Assembly (NCBI GenBank): GCA_002633005.1
Contig: NMRA01000081.1
Location: 685,625-749,624, forward strand
DNA length: 64,000 nt
DNA from: Phoronis australis
Lineage: Eukaryota; Animalia; Phoronida
Direction of reading: 5' to 3'
Positions 50,564 to 62,189 of this stretch are shown in pieces. A model generated the notes under the pieces. It did no database searches, was not told where the DNA came from, and saw only the letters and a program-made list of their open reading frames with translations. Both the position numbers and the translations under genes were made by a program. Each line of letters starts with the position of its first letter. Within the stretch, counting starts at the first letter, position 1.

Positions 50564-52081
50564 CTGTCATACAGAATAAAACGACAACGTATTAAGTAAG
50601 AGGCGCTCACATTAGAATAACGCAATATACTTGATAGAGTCTGGACAGGTTAGGCGAAAATAAAAATAGGGTATAAAATACATTCAGTACAAACGTGTAC
50701 ATTCACCAGCCTTTCAGAATGTATACAGGTTTTCACCACTTAAGCAAAAAGTTTGAAAGCATTAAGTTATTTTAGGTGTTTTATACTGCTGAAGAACACA
50801 GACTAAATAAGTGTCATGAAATACATTTGAGCGCTGATTTAGGTTTGTGAACAGGGGGTTCAACAGTGGGCAATCACAGCACATAAAAGTGCCCCAGAAG
50901 TAGATACTGTTATAAAATCAGTCTCATCTTCTTTCATAAACGGACAAGAAATGATTTCTATACTTGCAGGGATATTTTTAGGGTCATGACCTTCGTCACT
51001 GATGCAAAAAAGAAAGTCATTGACGCATTGTGTTTGCTCACCTCCCGTCAATTTTACTGGCACATTAAGATTAATAACGTACCAATTGCAAAACATCCAA
51101 TGAAAACAAATGGCCAAAACAAATTCAATGTAAGCAAGGGGGACCTAACATACTTTGAAAATAAAGACTCAATTTGTGGGTACATATGATTACAGGTTGT
51201 ATCTAGAACAATCACTAGGCCCAAAAAGAAATCACGGCCCGTTAAGTTGAGTGTCAGGACAGATGTTGGTTTCAGTGACCAGGGTAGAATGGCCATCTGG
51301 GGAATTTAGACAATTTACTATAACTAACATCAGTTCAAGACAAGAATATTCTTAACAGTGTTAAATCTTAGAAATAAAATAATCCCCTGAATTAATTGAT
51401 GTATTTTTAGGAGTATACGTGTCATCAATGTACTGTGATTGCTTAACTCAGCCCAACTGACCCAATGAAATTGTGCTGGGAATCGTGCGTTTTTCTTCTT
51501 ACCAATGGAATTATATGCAGCATTCAGATACTAACACAAATGGAAAGCAGGCCAGCACATCAGAAGATTGTAAAATGATTGAGAACACAGTTAACTCAAC
51601 CTCAGCGATGGGGGAGTCAACTAAATAGCTCGGTAGATGGGGGTGTTACCTTAACTGACCAGTGGATGGGGGGGGGGAACTAGTGGACGGGGAGGGGTCT
51701 ACCACACACGCCCAGTATATAGGGGGTCTATTAAAGCATCCCACTAGAAAGGTAAAATTATTGAAGGAGTAAATGAGAATTTAAATATTGACTGAAATGA
51801 AATACTGTTTACGTGTAAACTTACAGACTAACCAACATAACGTAGATGATGAAATCACGCATTTGAAAGGTGCCACCCCAAAAATTGCAATCAAAAAGGG
51901 CAAGTAATAAGGACACGTTGGTCATTTGAACCATTGGTGAATTTTCCTAACATTATTCTTGATTAAGGGATCACCTGAAATACTGTCCACACACTGACTT
52001 ACCCTAGAACAAGTAATTCCTGGAACGAGTTGTTGGTAGGCTAGAGTGCTGAGAGGACGTTATTTAAACTAGCACAACTTA

Positions 52082-53554
52082 CCGTTTTCGCCGTAATAAC
52101 TGCCTATGCCCCTATGCCCCCACGCATTTTCAGACTTTGCTAAAATAAGCGCCCAGTCCATGAACGTGTACATGAGAAAAATGCCTTACCTACAGTCCTA
52201 AAATTCTACAGTAACGTCTTCAATTTATCAATAATATCCGACAGTGTTGAAAAAACTCATTGTGCGCAGAATTTGTAGACCACGAGCCTCGCCGTTATGT
52301 CGGTATTTAGCCGTGTCACTATACACTTCAAACTTCCGCCATGCCTCAAAACGAACACAAAAGTTCTGCTGATATTGCGAGGATCAATGGACTGACCTTT
52401 CAGAACAGAAGTAGTGTACTTGCCTACGATATTGCTTTGTAGATATTTCCCGCTTTCAACAGGAATCCAAATTTCTTTGTAGGCCTACACGTGAAAACCG
52501 CGAGTCGAAGACTAATAAACAGCTTAGCCAGTGTTAAAAACACGTGTCCAGGAAGCGCGCGCTACATACATGAATCTGTCATCAAAGGCATTAGTCGGGA
52601 ACTATCCATTCATGAAACCTGTAGCATAGCATCGGCAAGAAATGAATATTGGCACTAATTTCCGACAGTTTATCATACTATAAAAATGTTTGCGTAATTT
52701 TTAAAATGAGCTGTTTGATGAAAGCCAAGTATCCGATAAAATAACCACTGCCAGTGAATGCTTACACACCCTTACACCGAAAAATAACTGTCAGATAGTC
52801 ACGTACGCATCCAGCCACACGGCGACTAATATGGCCTTACCGAGACAAATGTCGAACGTTTTTAGCACATGAGACCGGCAAGTGCTGAATGAAACACGCC
52901 TACTGCTTTAGATACAATGTACATCTAGTTCGTTAGATTACGTGGCTCTGGCCAAAACTTATGGTCTCTGCTCTGGCAAATGAACTCTGGTGACACGCAC
53001 GCGCTCGCTTACTCACAAACGCAGACAACTTCAAAACAAACGTCACGTGACACCAACATGTGTGTTCATCCAGACATTTTTCTCATGTTGCCGATCATAC
53101 ATGTAGATGGCACGATATCAGCACACATTTGTACTTAAACCTGCCGTGATCCCGACTCCACGGGAACTTAAAAATCTTAGGGACGCCAAACTTGGAAAAC
53201 TTAAGGAGGATTTCAGGTAATTTGCTTCAGTCGAAACTGTATTTTTATTCAAGCATTCAAGTCGCCATATCGACGATTGCGAGGCAGGCAGTCCGCGAGT
53301 TTTCGCCCTGGGATTTCAGCACAATTTTCTGTAAAATGATCGTAATTTAGCAGCGAAGTTTGATAGCAATGCACCACGGTCTTATAGAAAGTGTTTCATA
53401 GATTACAGATACCTCTCAGAGTGTAAATATAATGAATCTTAGCTTCTGATTTCACCTGTTTCAGAGACAGGTCTCAACGGCCTTGGGTTATAATAAGTGC
53501 CCCCCTGAAACAAACTTTTCTAAGCACCCTGGGCAGTTATTATGGCGAATACAG
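52082..53554 (-). mobile_element. TA-flanked Tc1/mariner(pogo)-like non-autonomous element with a decayed HIRAN-like ORF, copy 1 (about 560 bp extra internal sequence)
   Basis: Ends TA|CCGTTTTCGCCGTAATAACTGCC ... GGGCAGTTATTATGGCGAATACAG|TA. Colinear with 55900-56789. Confidence 0.8.
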
Positions 53555-53849
53555 TACCCCATTTGTGACAACTTACTAAATCTTATCGAGGTAGGGTAAC
53601 TTGCGTCGCAAATTTGGAGTACAGTGGAAGTAATTATCAGCTGCAGTATATACAGACGGGTTTTATCTTTCGCAGCGTACTCACATTAGGTATTCATTGT
53701 CACGCACAAAGCGACATTTTACACCTCACCCTAGTTATCGGATATTTTTTGTCTTGACGCTCCACTTAAAAGTGGGGTAAGTTGCACTAGTACAAGTTGT
53801 TCTAGGGTAGGCTGTGTGTGGAGGGGACTTTAGATTCGAATGTACTTAC

Positions 53850-53999
53850 ACTGCCATGAGCCATGGCTCCGATTACAAAAACTATAGGCTTGTCATCTGG
53901 TACTAGTTCCCGTGGGTTCACACACTTGTCTGCACCATATGACATGGTGATTTTACAACATCCTGTAGGCAGGTGGTCTGTGATTGGGTTTTTGATTAC
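53850..53999 (-). CDS. EMG1: EMG1 exon: VIKNPITDHLPTGCCKITMSYGADKCVNPRELVPDDKPIVFVIGAMAHGS
   Basis: VIKNP..DHLP and VIGAMAHG SPOUT motifs, CAG acceptor, GTAAGT donor, phase 0-0. Confidence 0.96.
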
Positions 54000-54253
54000 C
54001 TGGGAATACAGACAAGACATCTCAAGGGAAAACATAAGTATCGAGAAAAGCTTACAGCTCTTATGAAACAAAATATCTAGAAATACATAAAGCATTTCTC
54101 AATTTTTAACAAGTACATACAAGAAAGCCCCCATTATTTTGAGACTGATACTTGTCAGAAAGGTGTGAAATTTCCAACTTATCTTAAAAATGGTTTACCA
54201 CATTCAAACAAACACTGGTCATGTACATGAAATTTAGTTTGCAGAGTTCAGTT

Positions 54254-54402
54254 TGTAAAATAGTGATATTTTGCTGTATTGTGTGACATCTCAAAATAAA
54301 CACACATCCATAATTTTTACCACACAATGTAAAATAGTGATATTTTGCTGTATTGTGTGACATCTCAAAATAAACACAAATCCATAATTTTTACCATACA
54401 AT
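54254..54402. repeat. 74-bp tandem duplication (2 near-identical copies)
   Basis: TGTAAAATAGTGATATTTTGCTG... starts at both 54254 and 54328. Confidence 0.9.
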
Positions 54403-55899
54403 ATGGCAACTAAGTAAAAGTTGATTTTGACTAATTTTTCAAAAAATAAAGAAAAGAAACATATTTAAAACAGTGGTTTTACAGTGCAGAAGTCATAATG
54501 AACTGACATTTCAAAAAATTTCCATTATTTGCAAGAAGGTGACCAGCTTTTGAAAACTGGACAAATTACAATTATTTTGTTAGTTATTTCTGTGAGTAAA
54601 ACATGCCAGGAATTGTATGATGATACTTGGCTTACCTCAAAATCCAATTGCGCCAGGTGGTTTGGTAATTGTAACAATAATGTTGCACCCCGCAGAATTA
54701 ACGAGGAGCAAAATATTGCAATATTACACAAACGTTTTAGGTTGTATACGTCAAACCCCTTGTGCGATTTTCACAATTAAGTTAAACTTATTAATCATGT
54801 GTACCTTTCAACTATTTAAAAACTTTCAAAACAATAATTTAAAAATGCTATTTTCTCCCCCCGTGTGTTTATGATGGGTTTAATAACATCTGCAGCCTGA
54901 GGCGATAATTAAATATAGCAGCATGGTGTTTTTGATCATTGCCGGCAAATTCTGAGGTACGCAAACTGGTCGAGTTGTCCAATCTTGACCAGTGAGGGTG
55001 TCAACGTACAGGATTCTTTTCATGAACAACTCAAGAATTATAAGCAGAAAATTATGAATCGTAACTGAACTTACTTCAGGTAAAAGTGCAACGTTTTGCC
55101 AGCTGAAGAGTTAGAGTTGCATGAACACTAAGTTGTAAAATGTGTTTGTATTCTGTGATACACAACTAAATCTTAATTGACGAACTGAAATACGAAGTCT
55201 TGTGAATTTCTGGAAGTGCTTGAACATATGATTTTCTCACAGTCAACAACTCCTCAATACAGAGTAATTGTGATATAGGTGGGAAGTACTATGACAATGT
55301 ACACTTCTCAGTAAAAGGAGGACCACATACCCCAACACTACTCCGGTATCAATTCTCAGGCAAACAAAAACGTGTTCTGCAAACAGACAGTAACACTGTC
55401 ACTCATTCGAGGGTGAATGGCAATTTTTGATATTTTATACTAGTCAATTACAATATCTCAACCAGCCAGTAGTTAGCTGTTGAAAAGGCAGAGATGATCT
55501 ACTCCCCCCAGTTATCACAATATCCCCCTTGCTCCCCGCTAATTCCCTCCAATTTTAACAGCCAAGTCAACAGTCAGTCAGAAAACAACAACTGCGCAGA
55601 TACAGGGGTAGAGGTTAGAATGTTAGCTCCGTTTACTGGACTTCATCACTACAACTCTATTGAACCGTGTCCCAATTAAAATTGTTGACTCATGCATGAT
55701 TTAGTGGTAAGAAATAGCAGTTTTAAAAATAAAACCAATTACGATTGGACAAGATGATGTACTACACCCAAACTTCATTGTATTTGTGCAAAGCGTTATT
55801 CAAATAACTTCAGAGGGTTACTTCCTTGACTTTCACAGCTTGGCAAAGACACATGTATTGCACAGTGGGCAGTTTAGAGTCATACACAAACTGGTAATA

Positions 55900-56789
55900 C
55901 CGTATTCGCCTTAATAAGCGCCCATGCCCCAATAAGCACCCCCCACGCATTCTCAGACTTCGCTAAAATAAGCGCCCAGCCCATGAACGTGAATACTTTT
56001 TGACAACACCTTACCTAGAGTTCTAAAATTCTACAGAAAAATCTTCAATTTATCAATAATATCCGACAGTCCTGAAAAAAATCATTGTGTGCCAAATTTC
56101 TAGATGAGCCTCGCCGCTATGTCGGTATTTAGCCGTAACTATACACTTCAAACTTCCGCAGTGCTTCAAAAAGAACTCAAAAGTTTTGCAGATCTCGCGA
56201 GGCACGTGTCCCACTATGGTCTGGCCTTTCAGAACAGACACGGTGTACTTGTCAACGGGAGTGAATCTCGTTCGCTCGGCACATACATGCAGACAAACTT
56301 CAAAACAAACGTCATGTGACAACAAGATAATTTTGTGTTCGTCCAGATTTTTCTCATGTTGCAGGTGCGATGTAGCGTAGATTTGGACTTAATCTGCGGT
56401 TAATCCCGACTCCACAGCAACTTACAAATCTTAGGGACGTTATTTGGAAAAATTGGGGATTTCATGCAAAACTCTATTTTTATTTAAGAATTCAAGTTGC
56501 CCTATCGACGACCGCGAGGCGGCGACGCATCAGTCGGCAAGTTTTCGCCCTGGGATTTCCCCACAATTTTCTGAAAATGGATCGTAGAAGTTTGATAGCA
56601 ATGCACCGCAATTTTGTGGAAAGTCTATCAAAGACTACGGATACGTCACAGAGCGTAAATTTGATGAATCATAGCTTCCGATTTCACCTGTTTTGGAGAC
56701 TGGGTTTCAACCGCCTTAAGCTACAATAAGCCCGCTCTCTGGAAACGAATTTTTGTAAGCGCCCTGGGCACTTATTAGGGCGAATACAG
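55900..56789 (-). mobile_element. TA-flanked Tc1/mariner(pogo)-like non-autonomous element with a decayed HIRAN-like ORF, copy 2
   Basis: Ends TA|CCGTATTCGCCTTAATAAGCGCCC ... GGGCACTTATTAGGGCGAATACAG|TA. Internal translation DKYTVSVLKGQTIVGHVPREICKTFEFFLKHCGSLKCIVT. Confidence 0.85.
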
Positions 56790-57633
56790 TACATATCAAC
56801 TGTTTTTGTAAGCAAGCGCTTACTTGTAATGTACTTGTTTTGTATTCTGTAATTGTTTTCAATTGTCTGAAGGTCATGATAATACCCAGTGGAGATATAG
56901 CAAAATACTGCAAACTAATATTAATACTAAAACATCATGGATTTTGGACAAAAATTTCAGAAAATTGAGCTTTAATCTCATTTCCAAAGGCTTGTTACAC
57001 TGATGTGAATGTCAATTATTTCAAATATTGCTCAGCTATCCTTGTCAAGCCTGACAAGTTAGGAGCCAGTCTGACAACACCCTAAGAACTGCTATTTGAC
57101 ATGTGTGACTGACCCTTGACCTGAATTAATGGATGGCTGTGGAAAAACAGGATCAACTACAAACCACTGGATCCACTTTCATTCTCACATAGTGAAAAAC
57201 TTTTTCGATGAAAAGTAGTGTTATACCTCCGGGGAGGTACAGTACTAATAGCAAATGAAAGAACCAGTGGTGGGTTAGATCACTAAAACATACATGCACC
57301 ATTATGTGTGATAAAAAGTAACGAGAACTACATTCTGTCCTGAATTTTAATTAATCCAGATGAAAGCGAAGCTCTAGTGCATCACAAAAACCTAAGAAAC
57401 AAGGGGCGATCATCACTTCAAACATTACCACTAGAGGGAGAAACAGTAAACTTAAAGATACCTCTAGGGGGCGCAACAGTACTGATCATCTGAAACAGGT
57501 GGGTGCCATCTTTTCATTGAAAAAATATAGCTGCTGACTGACCCCAAGTCATAAGTTCCAAGTGGATTTTTCATATGCAGCTAAAGAAACTCAAAGGAGT
57601 TGATAGTCAAGCAAGTGAAAATTTTCAACTCAC

Positions 57634-57692
57634 CTTCAATAATTTTTGAGGACCATCAGATGCATGGATGCTTAATTTATGCAAAAGTTGAA
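57634..57692 (-). CDS. EMG1: EMG1 exon (phase 1-0): (V)QLLHKLSIHASDGPQKLLK
   Basis: Conserved QLLHKLS...DGP.KLLK, tttttcag acceptor, GTGAGT donor. Upstream exons were not found in the window. Confidence 0.95.
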
Positions 57693-60139
57693 CTGAAAAA
57701 ACAAAGTAATCGCATACAATAAACAATGTAAGTACTTAATATTCAGCACAGAAAAATATTTTGCCCAATGATCTATCTCTAAAGGCACTATGTCAATAGA
57801 TTTGACACCTGTTTTAAAAGCCCTTACATATTTGTTATTACTGTGTCCTGATGTGGAACATTCATAAGTCAAAGCGAATGACCCACAAAGCATGCAAATT
57901 TTATGCTAATAGCAAGTCATTTGATTTCTTAATGATGGGCAATTACTATACATTTCCATATAATCAGCTTTAAATTATTGAATCATGAAAAAATGGAGCT
58001 CGTCACGGACAACCACTACAGTATTTGCCCGGAACAATGCTCACTTTCTTCCGAACACCTTTCCAAATTTCACATTCAGTTGACAACGCTCAGTTATTTG
58101 CCAAACCTCACTTTATAGACAGTATTTTCAGCTCTCATCTTTGTGACAACACATCTGAGTGAATCTCAGCTCCCACCACCCATGTAACGTGCTTGAGCTG
58201 ATTTAAGAAGCAGATTTCGAATTGAGCACTCTGATGTCTGGTGTAATTTGACCATACAGATTCCACATCCCGGAGTCATCAATCTTCATTTGCGGAGGTA
58301 GAAAAATGCATTGTATGGTCAACATAGTTTTTGAGTAGGACAGATTCTGAGCTGAGTCAGACAGAGACAATCAAACTGTTCTCATCTGTTCAAATTGTTT
58401 ATGTCTCCATTGCAATTCACTATGTTACAATAAAACTTTTTCATTTCAGAATGACAAATGGCAAATTGATTTTAACTTAAAATTAGTTATCATTATGGCA
58501 TTAGTTATCATTATGGTAGAAGTGAACAACTGTATGGCGAAACGAGTACCCCATAGATGCACAGCACTGTGGGTAAATACTGCAGAATCATAGAGGGCGC
58601 TGGAGTATTCCAAAATTCCTATTATCAAATGTTTTAAGACTAGCTTATGTTTAACACTGAAGCTCAGGGGAAAATTGTTGTCAACATGACATCTTCTAAT
58701 TTGTAAGCTGTTATTTGTTATTGAATTATAACAACAAATAACATCTCATATTTGAACTAGTCTTTGTCACCAATTTAACGCACCATGCAGGTTCAAAGCT
58801 CACGGTTCACACACAACATTATCTGTGGATGCTCCCTCTAGTGAATTCCAGGAAAACAAGTGTTTATCCAAGATTACTGTGATTAGATAGAGGCAACGGC
58901 CTACAACAAACATTCTGGAAATTTGGACAAAAGTAATACATAAAACTGCCAGTCATTTCTAATTCCCCAAGGTTTGCTTCATTGTTGAAAAAGATAAAAA
59001 AATTACCAAATATTGTTTGGTGACAGCTGCTCAGTATTAGTGACCATGACTATGAGGTAAAAAACTATTTTTGTTGAGATATTTTGCAGAGTGAAATTCT
59101 ACTTTCTACCACGTTACGTCCAAAACCGAGGACTTTTAATGTAACTGTTATACTAAACAATCGTTGCCCCATTTATACCAGATGCCCCTCGATCACTCAT
59201 TATTCAGTCCTGACAGTGACTTGGTCACATAATTTTCTCAACTAGCATAGACCTTTCCCATAGGAAACCTCTCAAAACCAGTTTGAAGTTTTACAATACC
59301 CTTGTTTGAATAAACACGTTAGTCATGGGAATGATTTTCAAAAACTGACACACATCACTAAGTAAGGTCACCATAAATGTAACATGTCATCAACAAGCCA
59401 CTACACTTTAATCAACCAGGCATGGACAACTGCAATAAAAAATGTATTCATACCACATTCCTCATCAAGGGGGACTAGACAAACATTGTCCCTCATTCTG
59501 TCATCTGGCATGGGATCAACAATTTCTATCAAAAACCAGACTGCGTAATAAGATTTACAGCTCAAAAGGAGACAAACATATCAAGCAAATAATTGGTGCG
59601 GTACCTCAAAGAAAAATTTTTTTCGTGTCACCTACATAACAATGCTAAAAATAGGCCTTGCGAACGTTTAAAAAAAAAGATTCAAGAAAGTCACTAATAA
59701 AAAGGTGATTAGACTTTCACCCGACATAAAAAATATTCAGACCAGTGACTCCAACTGGACACATGAGGTTTTAGACCTATAGATATGTTAAATTTCTTCA
59801 ACACTCACTGAAAATACAAATTTAATTGTCTGGGAAATTCACATTAGGGTCTTCACACACACATCTGCAAGCTATACCTACCGTATTTACATTGAAGCTT
59901 CTAATAGATTTACTTTACATCAATAGTTAATTCATCTCCCCATTTACCATACATAGTCCAAATTGGTTTCGACACTGCCTTATCTCCACATGTCTCACCT
60001 TCGCTCAAGATCTTTCTTTTATAAATGGCGGATAACTGGACTATTTTTTCGCATTGCTTACATAAATTTTTTCCAAGTTTTTCTTCCTCAGGGAATCCCA
60101 TGATGGTCATAATAAGGGATGAGGTTTTGCAGCAATCTT

Positions 60140-60175
60140 GGACATAGGTGGACATAGGTGGACATAGGTGGACAC
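60140..60175. repeat. 10-bp tandem repeat (GGACATAGGT) x3+
   Basis: Direct observation. Confidence 0.85.
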
Positions 60176-60447
60176 AGAAACCTCAAGAGCAAGTCCACGT
60201 CACTTCCCAATCCCAGTCAAACCGATTCGATTGTTCGTGCAAGCGACACAAGCTAGAAATCGATTTAGGTCAAATAGATTTAAAACCATCCCCATGAACC
60301 GGATCAGCTTGAACACATTTACCGTAAGTTAAATCACTTGCATTTAAACACACTTACTAAACCAATTTGCATGTGCCAAAGCGATTTAAAAATTTATTTT
60401 AAGTTTTAAGAGTAAACGGGCAAACTAAGCCGCAAAATACACCAGCA

Positions 60448-60540
60448 AATGTCAGCGGCACCAGTAGCGCACAACAGAATGCAATAAGATGTATGTCAGC
60501 GGCACCAGTAGCGCACAACAGAATACAGTAAGATGTAATC
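60448..60540. repeat. Tandem duplication of about 45 bp
   Basis: ATGTCAGCGGCACCAGTAGCGCACAACAGAAT occurs twice. Confidence 0.85.
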
Positions 60541-62189
60541 ATGAGGATGAACACAATAAGATATAATCTTAGGATGAACTGCATATACTGGAACAGTGCA
60601 CAGTATGATAATAGCTATGAGGGTGCCCATGTATAAATTATATTAAACCCTGAGTACAAGAGTGCACGAGTAAATGAGCAGATCATTCACAAATGGGTAC
60701 AGACGATGGTTGGATGATATATTATCTATAACTTATCACACAAAAGGGTACCCCCATAAACAGATTGAATCACAAGCTCAGTACGTGTCCACTAAAAAAT
60801 TCATCATTTATCAAAAACTAAACAAATGAAAGTGAAAGTCTGCCGCCATTTGTACACCTGATGTAGTATAATTGAACAATATTTAGAGAATAGTAACATC
60901 ACAGAGGACCATCATAACTGGAACCTATATCAATGGCAGTAGCTGAAACGAAATTCAACTAAAAATAAGGAAAACTTTTTTTTAAACATTAACATTCACA
61001 AAACATATATATGTATTCTTTATTGCTACTTTTAAATGCACCAAATATGCAAGATGTTAGGAATAACCTCAATAATATGGCAAAGCCTTATCGGCTATTT
61101 CATACTTTTAGCAATATCCAACATCAATTTCAATTTAGTGTGATCGTTGATTCGCATGAAATCCTACGCAGTTATTATATGGCCTATGGCGAAAGGAACA
61201 GTGCCTCACATTTTTGATTATCTTTCAAACAATGAAAAAATAAACCAACAAAAAGTAACAATTTTGATGTTTTTTAAAGATGGCCTTTGATGTCCAATTG
61301 CTCAGTTATTTGTGGGTAAATCAAAAATGTGTGCCACGATTTCCTGTGCATTGTTTAAAAATGAAATTGTTTAAATATGAAGTCACCTGCAGTTTGTACA
61401 AATTCAAGTTCAAGCAAAGGCTATTTACACAAAACATGACAGTCATGTAATTAATGACAAATGACCATGCTACGTTTTAGGGCATGGATTAAGATTTTTC
61501 AATCATCAAGGATTCAGAAAATTTATACTTCCATGGGTTAAAAATGGTCAGTTAAGAAGTGTGCAAGACTTCATGAAGATTGACAATTTATGGTAAACAT
61601 TCTTTACTTTGGGACAAAAATAATAGCAGAAATTGTGCCATATTTCTTTTTTTGCTCAAATGCTCCAAATTTTACAAAATGTTGTTTGGTGATAGCTATG
61701 CCATACAAAACATGCTACAGGCAAAGTAAATTTATCTGAAAAGTAATTTTCGTTATTGAAATTTGACAAAACGAAATTTCAACTATCTGCCACATTGTGT
61801 TCCAAACTGAAGAATTTTTACCATACCCTTTAATAAAAAGCCACAAAAGAAACCGCAAAGTACATTGAGGTTCATGTGTCGGACCATGCTGCCATCTGGT
61901 GAGAAGATGGCAGACTACAAAGGAATCATTGTCTGGCAAGACAGGATTAAAATAAGTGAAGACAACAAGACAAATCACAAATTTTGACCCAGAACTTGTA
62001 TCTGTGATGAACAATGTCTATTGAAGTTACACAGAGCATTGTTGACAAGCCCATGCTCTTTTTGTTAACAATTAATTAAGATATACACAAAAATATAATA
62101 CAATAAAATTCAGCCTGGAAACTGTAGTGAGTATTATATCCAGGCTTTAGACAATAATGGGAGCATTAAACAAAGGAAAGAGAAAAGTC

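Noticed and set aside
55575-55652. Possible C/D snoRNA in an EMG1 intron (- strand GTGATGA...CTGA)
   Set aside because: No convincing terminal stem, C'/D' boxes or recognisable rRNA guide sequence.
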